Made by a program: the position numbers and the translations under genes
The notes under the pieces: generated by a model
What the model saw: the letters and a program-made list of their open reading frames with translations, nothing else
Told to the model about the DNA's origin: nothing
Databases searched by the model: none
Shown here: piece after piece, positions 9,663-19,293 of the stretch
Layout of the letters: the number at the start of each line of letters is the position of its first letter
How positions within the stretch are numbered: position 1 is the first letter of the stretch
Assembly (NCBI RefSeq): GCF_019683595.1
Contig: NZ_JADGHZ010000001.1
Span: forward strand, 7,314-71,313
Length of the DNA: 64,000 nucleotides
Direction of reading: 5' to 3'
DNA from: Sphaerobacter sp.
Lineage (GTDB): Bacteria > Chloroflexota > Chloroflexia > Thermomicrobiales > Thermomicrobiaceae

Positions 9663-9878
9663 ATGGGGTACTGCCCGCGTTGCGGCGAGAACTCGGCCTT
9701 CGGGGCTTCGGAACCGGGGAAGCGCGACCTGCGCCCCAGGGCGCTGCGGATCCCGGCCGGCTCGCGCATCGTCAACCTGCCGTCCGACGTGCAGGACGGC
9801 CAGGTCATTCAATACGGCGGCAGCCGCTTCCGCGTCCGCCGCGAAGGCAACGACTACCTCATGGAGATCGCGGAGTAG
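9663..9878 (+). CDS. Small protein (71 aa) with N-terminal CPRC motif, function unknown
   Basis: The RBS gagaggag lies 6 nt upstream of the ATG. Nearly every codon ends in G or C, as in the flanking real genes. I recognise no family. Confidence 0.6.
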   Translation: MGYCPRCGENSAFGASEPGKRDLRPRALRIPAGSRIVNLPSDVQDGQVIQYGGSRFRVRREGNDYLMEIAE

Positions 9879-10065
9879 CGACTGCCGCCGATCGCTCCGG
9901 CTCGCGAAGCGGTAAGCCGCGCGGACATCGACGCGCCCCGACAAGGAGTGCCGACCGATCGTTGGGGCAACCACCAGCGAGCGGTCCGTTGCCGCTCCGG
10001 GCGACGCGACAGTGGCAGCGTGGGGGCGGTGGATTCGCGCGGCTCACCGAGAGCTGAATATGACG

Positions 10066-10090
10066 AAGGCCGGGCGCGACGCCCGGCCTT
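10066..10090. terminator. 11-bp GC hairpin immediately 3' of tmRNA (possibly bidirectional)
   Basis: aaggccgggcg-cga-cgcccggcctt. It lies 6 nt beyond the tmRNA 3' end on the minus strand. On the plus strand it is followed by tcc. Confidence 0.5.
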
Positions 10091-10096
10091 TCCTCG

Positions 10097-10447
10097 GTGG
10101 AGATGGGGGGAATCGAACCCCCGTCCAGAACCTTCAGCCGAAGATCTACTACAAGCTTAGTCGGTGTTTTGGATCCCGCGCCGAACCCCCACCGACAGGG
10201 TTTCGTCGCGGTAGTCGGATGGTCTTAGGCTGATCCTATCCGACACTCGGACCAGCAGCACCCCGGCCTTGTGGCGCCCACTCCCAACCCGCCGGGGTGG
10301 GGTCGGGGTGGACGTCGCCGCTAGTTAATTACGCGGCGAGAGCGTAAGACTCGTTGCCGTTTATGGCTTTGCCCCTTTTTACGAGTCCCGGGGCGACCTC
10401 GGCTTGCAATCCTCGCGCCTACGGCCCTGTCGAAACCAGACATCCCC
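10097..10447 (-). ncRNA. ssrA: tmRNA (SsrA)
   Basis: On the minus strand the 5' end reads GGGGAUGUCUGGUUUCGAC. The 3' end reads GGGGGUUCGAUUCCCCCCAUCUCCACC, a tRNA-Ala-like acceptor stem and T-arm with a G3:U pair. The internal tag frame is GGC AAC GAG UCU UAC GCU CUC GCC GCG UAA, giving ...NESYALAA. It is adjacent to smpB. Confidence 0.95.
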
Positions 10448-10477
10448 GTCAGTGCGCAGAAAAGTATACCATGCGAG

Positions 10478-10960
10478 CTAACGCTGCCGCAACGCGCGCT
10501 CCATCTCGCGACGGGCATCCCGCTCGGCCATCGCCTCGCGCTTGTCGTACGTCTTCTTGCCGCGTGCCACGCCGATGTCCACCTTCGCCAGACCCTTGCG
10601 CAGCACCAGCCGCAGCGGCACCAGCGTGTACCCCTTCGCCTCGACGCGGTTCCTCAGGTAGTTGAGCTCGTTGCGGTGCACCAGCAGCTTGCGCGGGCGG
10701 TCCGGGTCGTGCTGGAAGTACCCGCCCGCATGCTCGTACGGCGAGATGTGCATCCCGATCAGCCACAGCTCGCCGTTCTCGATTCGCGCGTAGGCGTCGC
10801 GCAGGTTCACCCGCCCGGCACGGATTGACTTGATCTCCGTCCCGGTCAGGGCGATGCCCGCCTCGAGCTCCTCTTCGATGTGGTAGTCGTGGTACGCCTT
10901 CCGGTTCGTGGCGACGACCTTCTCGCCCCCACTCGCCGCCGGCGCCTTCGCCTTCGCCAT
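10478..10960 (-). CDS. smpB: SsrA-binding protein SmpB
   Basis: [12 protein letters not shown]...GTEIKSIR...LLVHRNE is a classic SmpB sequence. Confidence 0.95.
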   Translation of the reverse strand: MAKAKAPAASGGEKVVATNRKAYHDYHIEEELEAGIALTGTEIKSIRAGRVNLRDAYARIENGELWLIGMHISPYEHAGGYFQHDPDRPRKLLVHRNELNYLRNRVEAKGYTLVPLRLVLRKGLAKVDIGVARGKKTYDKREAMAERDARREMERALRQR

Positions 10961-11011
10961 AGCGTCTCAGTCTACCATCGCGGCGCCGATTCTCCCAGGT
11001 TTGAAGCCGGT

Positions 11012-11040
11012 TTGCCGCCCGCGTTGAGTGCTCCGTACAA
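11012..11040 (+). promoter_or_regulatory. Putative promoter TTGCCG-N17-TACAAT ending 8 nt before the ATG at 11049
   Basis: The hexamers were read directly from the sequence. They imply a leaderless or near-leaderless mRNA. Confidence 0.35.
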
Positions 11041-11048
11041 TCTCGGGC

Positions 11049-11816
11049 ATGGAAGACGCGTACGCGCTTATCGCGCCCTTCTATGACCTCGAGTTCGACG
11101 AGTTCGACGCCGACGTCGAACTCTACCTGGGCTACGCCGACTACGTCGGCTCCCCCGTGCTCGAACTCGGCTGCGGCACCGGTCGGCTCCTCTTGCCGCT
11201 CGCCAAAGCCGGTCTCCAGGTTCACGGCATCGACAATTCCCCCGCGATGATCGCCCGTGCCCGAGCGCGGCTGGAGGAGGCCGGGATCTCCGGCGTCGAG
11301 CTGCGCATCGACGACATGACCGACTTGAGCGCCTACCCCGCCGACCACTTCCGCATGGTCTTCGCCGCGATCAACTCGTTCCTCCACCTCGAAACCCGCG
11401 AGCGACAGTTGACCGCGCTCGCGGAGGTGCACCGGGTGCTTCACCCGGACGGCATCCTCATCCTCGACCTTTTCCATCCCACCCCCGCCCTCCTCCACGC
11501 CATGGAGGACGGCCTGCGGGTGGACGGCCAGTGGCCGCTCCCCGGCGGTGGGCGAGTCGACCGGTTCAGCACGCGCCGCGTCTACCCCGCCGAGCAGCGG
11601 ATCGAGACGACCCTCTACTACGACCACACCGAGCCCGGTGGCGCGGTCCGCCGGACGGTCACCAGCTACACGATGCGCTACATCCACCGCTTTGAGATGG
11701 AGGGACTGCTCGATCAGGCCGGCTTCGTGCTGGAAGGGGTCTACGGCTCGTACGAGCTCGACCCTTTCGACGACGACTCCGCCATCATGCTCTTCGTCGC
11801 CCACCGGCGGCCGTAA
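11049..11816 (+). CDS. Class I SAM-dependent methyltransferase
   Basis: Motif I is VLELGCGTGR, followed by GIDNSPAM and post-I/II motifs. The start could instead be the GTG at 11028. Confidence 0.8.
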   Translation: MEDAYALIAPFYDLEFDEFDADVELYLGYADYVGSPVLELGCGTGRLLLPLAKAGLQVHGIDNSPAMIARARARLEEAGISGVELRIDDMTDLSAYPADHFRMVFAAINSFLHLETRERQLTALAEVHRVLHPDGILILDLFHPTPALLHAMEDGLRVDGQWPLPGGGRVDRFSTRRVYPAEQRIETTLYYDHTEPGGAVRRTVTSYTMRYIHRFEMEGLLDQAGFVLEGVYGSYELDPFDDDSAIMLFVAHRRP

Positions 11817-11910
11817 GGCCACCCTTTGCTATAATCGGCGCGCCGCGCGCCGCTGCGAGTAATCCCCGCGCGGCATCGCTTGCGATACCTGAGGAGAGGG
11901 AGGACCGGTC

Positions 11911-12366
11911 GTGATCCACGGCGTCGAGGTCAAGCGGCTCATCACGCACGCGGACGAGCGCGGGGCGTTGACCGAGCTGATCCGCCGCGACGACCCGTTC
12001 TTCGAGCAGTTCGGACAGTGCTACGTCTCGGTGAGCTACCCGGGTGTGATCCGCGGCTGGCACTACCACAAGAAGCAGACCGACTACTTCACCTGCGTCA
12101 AGGGAATGATCAAGGTCCCGCTCTACGACATCCGGGAGGACTCGCCGACCTACGGTGAGCTGAACGAGTTCTTCATCGGCGACGACAACCGCATCGTCGT
12201 GAAGATCCCCGCCGGGGTGCTCCACGGCTTCAAGAACATCGGTCACGAGCCGTGCTATCTACTCAACTTCCCGACCGAGCCCTACAACCCGGACGATCCC
12301 GACGAATACCGGATTCCCTGGAACTCGCCCGACATCCCGTACAACTGGGATATCCAGTTCAAGTAG
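11911..12366 (+). CDS. dTDP-4-dehydrorhamnose 3,5-epimerase-like cupin (short form)
   Basis: HADERGALTE...IRGWHYHKKQTDYF...GVLHGFKN is an RmlC-family signature. The start is GTG, preceded by gaggagagggagg. Confidence 0.75.
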   Translation: MIHGVEVKRLITHADERGALTELIRRDDPFFEQFGQCYVSVSYPGVIRGWHYHKKQTDYFTCVKGMIKVPLYDIREDSPTYGELNEFFIGDDNRIVVKIPAGVLHGFKNIGHEPCYLLNFPTEPYNPDDPDEYRIPWNSPDIPYNWDIQFK

Positions 12367-12380
12367 ATCGGACCGCGAGC

Positions 12381-13688
12381 GTGGCGCAGTCGCCCCGGTA
12401 CCCCGACGAGATCGAGATCCAACCGGTGCGCGCACCGGTCGACGCCGAGGTCGCGGTGCCCGGGTCGAAGAGCGACACCAACCGTGCGCTTCCGATCGCT
12501 GCCCTCGCGGACGGCACCTCGGTCATCCGCGGTGCGCTCTTCAGCGACGACACGCACTACATGGCCGAGGCGCTCAACGCGCTTGGGATCCGGGTCTCCG
12601 CCTCGCCGGAGGACCGCACCTTCACGGTGGCCGGCGCCGGTGGCACGATCCCCGCGCCGTCGGCATCGCTCTTCATCGGCAACTCGGGGACGACCGCCCG
12701 CTTCCTGACCGCGCTCCTCGCGCTCGGCCGCGGAGAGTACGTCCTCGACGGCGTCGAACGGATGCGCCAGCGCCCCATCCAGCCGCTCCTCGACGCGCTT
12801 CGGCAGCTCGGCGTCGACGCCGTGTCGATCCACGGAACCGGCTGCCCGCCGGTCCGGGTCCGCGCGGATGGACTCCGCGGCGGGCACACGCGGCTCGATG
12901 GCCGCGAGAGCAGCCAGTTCCTCAGCGCGCTGCTCATGGTCGGTCCCTGCACGAGGGACGGCCTGACCATCGACATTGAGGGTGATCTCGTGTCGAAACC
13001 CTATGTCGACCTCACCGCGTCGACGATGGCCGCCTTCGGCGCGACGTTGACCAATGAGGGCTACCGCCGCTTTGTCGTGCCCGGCGGACAGGGTTACCGG
13101 GCCATCGAGTACCAGGTCGAACCGGACGCTTCGGCAGCCTCCTACTTCTTCGCCCTCGCGGCGGTCACGGGAGGACGCGTGCGCGTGCCCGGCCTCGGGA
13201 GCCGGTCACAGCAGGGTGACCTGCGCTTCGTCGGGGTCTTAGAGCGAATGGGCTGCACGGTCGAGATGACCGCCGACGCCACCGAGGTGCGCGGCCCGAA
13301 GCGCCTCGCGGGCATCGAGGTGGACATGAACGCCATCTCGGACACGGCGCAGACGCTCGCCGCGATCGCGCCGCTCGCGTCGGGGCCGGTCGCCATCCGC
13401 AACGTGGCTCACATCCGTGCCAAGGAGACGGACCGGATCGCCGCCGTCGTCGCGGAGTTGCGCCGCCTCGGCGTGCGCGTCGAGGAGATGCCGGACGGTC
13501 TCGTGGTCTACCCCGGCGCCGTCCGGCCCGGCCGGGTGGAGACGTACGACGACCACCGCATGGCGATGAGCTTCGCCATCCTGGGCTGCGCCACCCCGGG
13601 CATCCGCATCGCCGACCCCGGCTGCGTCGCCAAGACCTTCCCCGAATTCTGGGACACGCTCGCCGCCGCTACCGCGGGGGCGCGGTAG
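12381..13688 (+). CDS. aroA: 3-phosphoshikimate 1-carboxyvinyltransferase (EPSP synthase)
   Basis: VPGSKSDTNRAL, LFIGNSGTTARFL, and KETDRI...DDHRMAMSF. The GTG at 12381 is the first start after the upstream stop. Confidence 0.9.
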   Translation: MAQSPRYPDEIEIQPVRAPVDAEVAVPGSKSDTNRALPIAALADGTSVIRGALFSDDTHYMAEALNALGIRVSASPEDRTFTVAGAGGTIPAPSASLFIGNSGTTARFLTALLALGRGEYVLDGVERMRQRPIQPLLDALRQLGVDAVSIHGTGCPPVRVRADGLRGGHTRLDGRESSQFLSALLMVGPCTRDGLTIDIEGDLVSKPYVDLTASTMAAFGATLTNEGYRRFVVPGGQGYRAIEYQVEPDASAASYFFALAAVTGGRVRVPGLGSRSQQGDLRFVGVLERMGCTVEMTADATEVRGPKRLAGIEVDMNAISDTAQTLAAIAPLASGPVAIRNVAHIRAKETDRIAAVVAELRRLGVRVEEMPDGLVVYPGAVRPGRVETYDDHRMAMSFAILGCATPGIRIADPGCVAKTFPEFWDTLAAATAGAR

Positions 13689-13693
13689 GCAGT

Positions 13694-13828
13694 CACACGT
13701 CATATGTCATCCGTCATGCGACTTGCGTGTTGCGTGTTCCGTGATCCGTGCTGCTCCCCTCTCCCCTGGTGAGAGAGGGGCCGGGGGTGAGGGGGACGGA
13801 TGACGCATGACGCATGACGCATGACGCC
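13694..13828. repeat. Intergenic palindromic repeat, family A, copy 2 (inverted relative to copy 1)
   Basis: The left arm is acgtcat atgtcat ccgtcat. The core is ctcccctctcccctggtgagagaggggccgggggtgagggggacg. The right arm has four tandem atgacgc heptamers. It lies between convergent aroA and aroC. Confidence 0.8.
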
Positions 13829-14893
13829 TCACACCCGCGCCATTCGATTCCACAGATACAGGTCCGCCAAGACCAGGCACATCATCGCCTCGGCCACCGG
13901 CACGACACGCGGGCAGATCGACGGATCGTGCCGCCCCTCGACCAGGATCTCGCGCTCGTTGCCGTGGATGTCGACCGTGCGCTGCGGCTGAGACACCGAG
14001 GAAGTCGGCTTGACTGCGAGGCGCACGACGATCTGCTCACCGTTAGAGATCCCACCGAGCATGCCGCCAGCGTGGTTCGAGTAGGTGCGCACCCGGCCGT
14101 TCTCGATGTAGAACTCATCGTTGTGCTGCTTGCCGGTCATGAGGAAGGCGCCGAACCCCTCGCCGATCTCGACGCCCTTGACGGCCGGGATACTGAACAT
14201 CGCCTGCCCGAGCAGCGCGTCGAGCTTGTCAGCCGTCGGCTCGCCCAGTCCCGGCGGCACGTTATCCGCGCGCACCTCTACGAGCCCGCCGAGGCTGTCT
14301 TTCGCCTCTTTCGCCTCGAGGATGGCCTGCACCATCTTCTCCGCGGCGACCGGGTCGGGGCAGCGCACCGGGTTTCGGTCGATCTCATCCCGGTCGAACG
14401 TCTCCATCTTGATCGTGTGCAGTTGCCGCACGAAGCCGTACACCTCGACCCCGATGGTGCGCAGCAGTGCCCGCGCCACGGCACCGGCAGCGACGCGGCC
14501 CCACGTCTCCCGCGCGCTCGACCGCCCGCCGCCACGGTGGTCACGGTGGCCGTACTTGGCCCAATAGGTGTAGTCGGCGTGCCCCGGTCGGAAGAGATCC
14601 CGAATCGCCTCGTACTTGCTGGAGTCGACGTCGGCGTTGTAGGTGATGAGCGAGATCGGGGCCCCGGTCGTGCGGCCCTCGAAGACACCGGAGAGGATCT
14701 GCACCCGATCCTTCTCCTGCCGCGGCGAGGTGACCTGGCTCTGCCCCACTCGGCGGCGATCGAGATCGCGCTGGATGAGCTCCTCGCTGATCTCCAACCC
14801 CGCCGGGCAGCCGTCGATCACCGCGCCGAGCGCCGGTCCGTGCGACTCACCCCAGGTTGTGACCCGGAACATGCGGCCATATGTGCTCGCCAT
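13829..14893 (-). CDS. aroC: Chorismate synthase
   Basis: [34 protein letters not shown]. Confidence 0.95.
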   Translation of the reverse strand: MASTYGRMFRVTTWGESHGPALGAVIDGCPAGLEISEELIQRDLDRRRVGQSQVTSPRQEKDRVQILSGVFEGRTTGAPISLITYNADVDSSKYEAIRDLFRPGHADYTYWAKYGHRDHRGGGRSSARETWGRVAAGAVARALLRTIGVEVYGFVRQLHTIKMETFDRDEIDRNPVRCPDPVAAEKMVQAILEAKEAKDSLGGLVEVRADNVPPGLGEPTADKLDALLGQAMFSIPAVKGVEIGEGFGAFLMTGKQHNDEFYIENGRVRTYSNHAGGMLGGISNGEQIVVRLAVKPTSSVSQPQRTVDIHGNEREILVEGRHDPSICPRVVPVAEAMMCLVLADLYLWNRMARV

Positions 14894-14920
14894 TCTGCTC
14901 TCTCCCCCGCACCGGTGCCG

Positions 14921-15814
14921 TCACATGTCACCGCGTGGGCCGGTCCACCGGCCCCACAGGCGGTAGTCATGACTCATCGTACGCCGGAACCCGTAGCGCT
15001 CGTAGAGCCGTCGGCTCACTGAGTTTCGTGCCTGGGTGCTCAGGCCGATGCGGCGCGCGCCCTTCCCCGCCAGCACCGCAACGGCAAAGTCGAGCGAGCG
15101 CCACCCGTATCCCCGGCCCTGCCGGTCCGGCGCGACGGCGATCCGGTCCAAATGCCCCCAGTTCCCGCCGCGGAACCGGGTCACCCCGACATAGCTGACG
15201 ACCGCGCCGCTGGCGTCCCGGCCCAGGTAAATCTCGACCCCTGCTGAGTGCAGGTAGTTCTCGAACTCACCTTCGCTGTTCCACCATAGCCAGGGGAACG
15301 CAGCGTGGTCGAGCTCCAGCAAGGCGTCACGCCGCGCTCGATCCTCCGGCAAGACCCGCTCGAACCGCAAGTCCCCCAGCGCGGGCTCAATGCGGCGCAC
15401 CGGTGACAGCTCGTAGACGAGGATCTCTTCCAGCAGCTCGAACCCGGCGGAGTCGTAGAACGCCCGGTGGCGCGTCTCGAGATGCTCGCTCATCAGCACC
15501 AGCCGTTTGCCGGTCTCCGTCGCCACCTGCACCAGCGACTCCAGGAGGGGCACCGAGTTTGCCCCGCCCGCTAGCTCAAGGACGCCGACGATCTCGGGCC
15601 GGTGACGCCACGGCCCGCCGATGATGTACTCGCCCGTGCTGGGGATCCAGAGGCTCAGTCCCGGATACTCCCGCAGGTGCTCCTCAAGGTCGTGCACCTG
15701 GAATCGGCTCGACCACCCGAGCCGGAGCCGGCGCGACTCGTCGCTACTGAGCGGGACGATGCGCGGCGCCTCGATGCGGCCTCGCCGCGCGTCCGCTTGC
15801 CACGATTCGGTCAT
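14921..15814 (-). CDS. GNAT family N-acetyltransferase (two-lobed)
   Basis: The C-terminal half carries GNAT motif A, VAPDRQGRGYGWRSL, followed by YERYGF. Confidence 0.7.
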   Translation of the reverse strand: MTESWQADARRGRIEAPRIVPLSSDESRRLRLGWSSRFQVHDLEEHLREYPGLSLWIPSTGEYIIGGPWRHRPEIVGVLELAGGANSVPLLESLVQVATETGKRLVLMSEHLETRHRAFYDSAGFELLEEILVYELSPVRRIEPALGDLRFERVLPEDRARRDALLELDHAAFPWLWWNSEGEFENYLHSAGVEIYLGRDASGAVVSYVGVTRFRGGNWGHLDRIAVAPDRQGRGYGWRSLDFAVAVLAGKGARRIGLSTQARNSVSRRLYERYGFRRTMSHDYRLWGRWTGPRGDM

Positions 15815-15833
15815 TGACGTCTCGCGCCCCGCA

Positions 15834-17573
15834 CTACAACGTCATCCAGACGGTTTCCAGGCCAAGGATACCCAGTGGGGTAAGCGTCATGCCATGGACG
15901 TACGGCTTGATCAGGGTAAGAGACGCCTCGGCATACAACGGCACTACCACCGCGTCGTCAATGATCGTCTGCTGCACCTGCTGGAAGAGCGCAGCGCGTC
16001 GCTCCGGATCGGTCTCGCCGCGCGCTTCATCGAGCAGCCGGTCCACCTCCGGGTTGCGGTAGCCAATCGGATTGTCGGGACTGGTCGAGTAAAACAGCGC
16101 CCGCAAGAACGTGTCAGGGTCCGGAAAGTCAGCGACCCAGGTGAGCGACGTCGCCGGCATCTCGCGAGTCCCCAGTTCGTTGATGTAGTCCGTGAAGTCC
16201 AACTGGAGCACCTCCACCGGGAGCCCAAGATCCCGCTGGTACACCTGTTTCATCGCGACCGGCGCCTGGGCTCCCGTAGTGTAGATCGACACCGTCGGCC
16301 GCTCGCTACCGACGGCGCGATCAAGCAGCGCCCGCGCCGCCTCCGGGTCGTACGCCGGGACCTCCGCGGGCCAGTCACGCCCGAGCAGCCCGGGCGGCAG
16401 GATGCCGTCCACCGGTGTCACGTGCCCGTCGTAGGTGACGGTGGCGATCTTGTGGCGGTCGAATCCCTGGAGCAGCGCCCGCCGCAAGTCCGGGTTGTCC
16501 AACGGTGGCACATTCGGGTTGAACAACACGTAGCTCACCGCAAAAAGGGGCTGGACGTGCAACTCCTCACGGAGCGGGCTGTTCGGCGCCTGCAAGCGAT
16601 CGATCTCGAACAGGCCAACGTCGGCCACATCGACCTCGCCCTGCTCGTACATCGCGACCGGTTGCAGCGCCTCGGTCCCGATCAGGATGACCACCCGCTC
16701 CAGCGTGGGCGGGTTCGGCGTGTAGCCAGGGTGCGCCTCCAGCACGATGCGCTCCTGCTCCCGCCACTCGGCTAGGTTGAACGGCCCGCTCCCGTTCGGC
16801 TTCTTCCACCAGTTACCATCGTTGCGGGCGTTCTCGCGGTCCACAACGTAGCCCGGTGTCGCCGCCAGCTTCAGCAGGAAGTTCGTGGTCGGGTGCTCCA
16901 GCGTGATGCGCACCGTCCCCTGGTCCAGCACCTCCACGCCGCGGAGCGAGTCAGCGCGTCCGGCCAGCCGGTCGGCCGCGCCCGCGATGTCTGCCAGGTA
17001 CGTCCCCGCGGGCAGCGTCTCCCCGTGCCCCCCTGCCAGCGCGGGATCCGTCGCCCGTTCCAACGAGTAGCGCACGTCCTCGGCAGTGATCCGCCGGCCG
17101 TTTGCGAACGTGATGTCCTCCCAGAGGAAGAACGTGTAGGTGAGCCCATCCGGGCTGATTTCGATCCGCCGCGCGAGGTCCGGGACCGGCTGCAATTGTT
17201 CATCCAGCCGAACCAGCCCCCGAAAGATCTGCCGCGTCACGAAGGCCGACTCGGTGTCCCGGACGAGAGCCGGGTCGAGCGTTGCTGGCCCGTCCGGCGA
17301 TCCGATCATTGTCAGGGTCTGTTCCCCGCTCGGGTCGGCGACCGTCGCGGGCGGTGGCGCCTCCAGGACGGTTCCCACCTCGCCGCCACCGGTGCCCGGT
17401 GATTCCGTCCCCGCCCCAGCCGAACCCGGCTCAGTCGGCCGCACCGTAGGCGTCGCCTTGTCCCTCCCGAGGATCGATGCGCGACAACTCGCGAGCAGCA
17501 CCGAGAGCCCCAGCAGCAGGGCTCGCCGGCTCACTCGCACATGGCTGAGGGTTGTCGTGTCGTCGGACGGCAT
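15834..17573 (-). CDS. ABC transporter substrate-binding protein, family 5 (peptide/nickel type), lipoprotein/Tat-like signal
   Basis: The N-terminus is SRRALLLGLSVLLASC. The length and motifs fit an SBP_bac_5-type protein (e.g. YTFFLWEDITFANG). Confidence 0.8.
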   Translation of the reverse strand: MPSDDTTTLSHVRVSRRALLLGLSVLLASCRASILGRDKATPTVRPTEPGSAGAGTESPGTGGGEVGTVLEAPPPATVADPSGEQTLTMIGSPDGPATLDPALVRDTESAFVTRQIFRGLVRLDEQLQPVPDLARRIEISPDGLTYTFFLWEDITFANGRRITAEDVRYSLERATDPALAGGHGETLPAGTYLADIAGAADRLAGRADSLRGVEVLDQGTVRITLEHPTTNFLLKLAATPGYVVDRENARNDGNWWKKPNGSGPFNLAEWREQERIVLEAHPGYTPNPPTLERVVILIGTEALQPVAMYEQGEVDVADVGLFEIDRLQAPNSPLREELHVQPLFAVSYVLFNPNVPPLDNPDLRRALLQGFDRHKIATVTYDGHVTPVDGILPPGLLGRDWPAEVPAYDPEAARALLDRAVGSERPTVSIYTTGAQAPVAMKQVYQRDLGLPVEVLQLDFTDYINELGTREMPATSLTWVADFPDPDTFLRALFYSTSPDNPIGYRNPEVDRLLDEARGETDPERRAALFQQVQQTIIDDAVVVPLYAEASLTLIKPYVHGMTLTPLGILGLETVWMTL

Positions 17574-17700
17574 CCACGCTCCTCGCTACATCAGCGACAG
17601 TGTAGCAAGCGGCCACACCGCGGAACATCGAATCGTGCTACCATCGCGCCCATCCGACGGCACACGGGACGCGCTGAGAGGAGACGGTCCATTGAAGGGC

Positions 17701-19293
17701 ATGGTCGTCGCACCGCAACCGCTCGCGGTGGAAGAGGGTGTCAAGGTCCTTCGGCGTGGGGGCAACGCCTTCGATGCCGCCGTGACGGCGGCATTCGTCC
17801 AGATGGTGATCGATCCGCAGATGTGTGGCGTGGCCGGGTTCGGCGTCGCCAACCTCCGCGCGGCGGACGGGCGACACGAGGTGATCGACTTCAACGGCAC
17901 CGCCGGCTCACGGGTCACGCCCGAGATGTGGAAGGACATCGTCATCGAGCAGGACTGGACGGGCTACGGCTACCACGTCCAGGGAGCGGTCAACGATGTC
18001 GGCTACGGCTCGATCATGACGCCTGGCACGGTCGCGGGCATGGCCGAGACGTTGCGCCGCTTCGGCACGATCTCCTGGGCCGATGCGCTGGCACCGGCGA
18101 TCCGCATCGCTGAGGAGGGGTTCCCCGTCACCCCCGAACTGTGGCGGCTCTGGAACCAGCCGGCACCTCCAGGTCGGATCGCGATGCGGGAGCGCCTCAA
18201 AGCGACCGAGGCGAGCCGGAGGATCTACTTCCGCGACGACACCGAGACGCTGCGACCCGGTGAGTTGCTGCGCAACCCGGACTACGCCCAGGTACTGCGC
18301 CGCCTGGCGGAGGCCGGGCCGGAGGACTTCTACACCGGCGAGATCGCCGCTCGCATGGCCGAAGATCTTGAGCGGAACGGCGCGTTCGTCACGGCCGACG
18401 ATCTTGCCAGCTACCGGGTGCAGGTTCAGGCGCCGCTGACCACGACCTACCGCGGCTACACGGTCCACACCAACAACCTGGCCGGCGGCGGCCTGTGTCT
18501 GGTGCAGATCCTCCACATCCTGGAGCACCGCGACATCGTGTCACTGGGTCTAAACAGTGTGGAGTACATCGACTTCGTCGCGCGGGCGATGCAGGCCGGA
18601 TTCCACGACTGGTACACCTACGGCGCCGATCCCCGGTTCGTCGACGTGCCGGTCGACTGGCTCCTGTCCCGGGAGCGCGCGGCGGAGTGGTTCGCCCGCA
18701 TCCGTGACCGGGAGCCGATCACCGTCCCGCTCTATCCGGAGCCAGCGTCGACAACGCACATCACGGTGGTCGACGCCGACGGCAACTGCGCGGCGATCAC
18801 CCATTCCCTCGGGAACTCCAGCGGCGTCGTGACGCCCGGCCTGGGCTTCACGTACAACAACATCATGAACGCGGCGAACCCCATCCCCGGCCGGCCGAAC
18901 TCGATCGCGCCGGGGAAGGCGCGGCTCACCGGGATGTGCCCCACCATCGTCCTCCAAGGAGACGAGCCCGTGCTCGTCCTCGGCGCCCCAGGCGGGACGC
19001 GAATCATCACCGGCGTGCTTCAGGTGCTGCTCAACGTGATCGACCACGGGCTCGGACCGGTGGAGGCGGTTTCCGCCCCGCGGTTCGACGCCCAGAGCCA
19101 CCGGCTCGACTGTGAGACGCGCATTCCGTCCTGGGTCAAGGAGGAGTTGGGCCGACGCGGGTTCCAGATCGTGCCGAACCCGGCAGCGTACTGGACCTTC
19201 CCGCTGGTCCAGGCCGTAACCCGCGACCCGGTGACCGGCGCGCTCCAGGGCGGCGCCGATCCACGACTCGGTGGGGCGGCGATGAGCGCCTGA
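17701..19293 (+). CDS. ggt: Gamma-glutamyltransferase family protein
   Basis: MVVAPQPLAVEEG...GGNAFDAAV. The autoprocessing Thr region is STTHITVVDADGN, followed by GAPGGTRI. The 5' part of the track ORF (17140-17700) is antisense to the SBP gene. Confidence 0.85.
   Translation: MVVAPQPLAVEEGVKVLRRGGNAFDAAVTAAFVQMVIDPQMCGVAGFGVANLRAADGRHEVIDFNGTAGSRVTPEMWKDIVIEQDWTGYGYHVQGAVNDVGYGSIMTPGTVAGMAETLRRFGTISWADALAPAIRIAEEGFPVTPELWRLWNQPAPPGRIAMRERLKATEASRRIYFRDDTETLRPGELLRNPDYAQVLRRLAEAGPEDFYTGEIAARMAEDLERNGAFVTADDLASYRVQVQAPLTTTYRGYTVHTNNLAGGGLCLVQILHILEHRDIVSLGLNSVEYIDFVARAMQAGFHDWYTYGADPRFVDVPVDWLLSRERAAEWFARIRDREPITVPLYPEPASTTHITVVDADGNCAAITHSLGNSSGVVTPGLGFTYNNIMNAANPIPGRPNSIAPGKARLTGMCPTIVLQGDEPVLVLGAPGGTRIITGVLQVLLNVIDHGLGPVEAVSAPRFDAQSHRLDCETRIPSWVKEELGRRGFQIVPNPAAYWTFPLVQAVTRDPVTGALQGGADPRLGGAAMSA

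Noticed and set aside
9337-9974. ORFs 9337..9915(+) and 9438..9974(-) spanning the EVE-tmRNA gap.
   Set aside because: Their composition is non-genic, they have no RBS, and they overlap the better-supported 71-aa ORF (9663-9878) in other frames.
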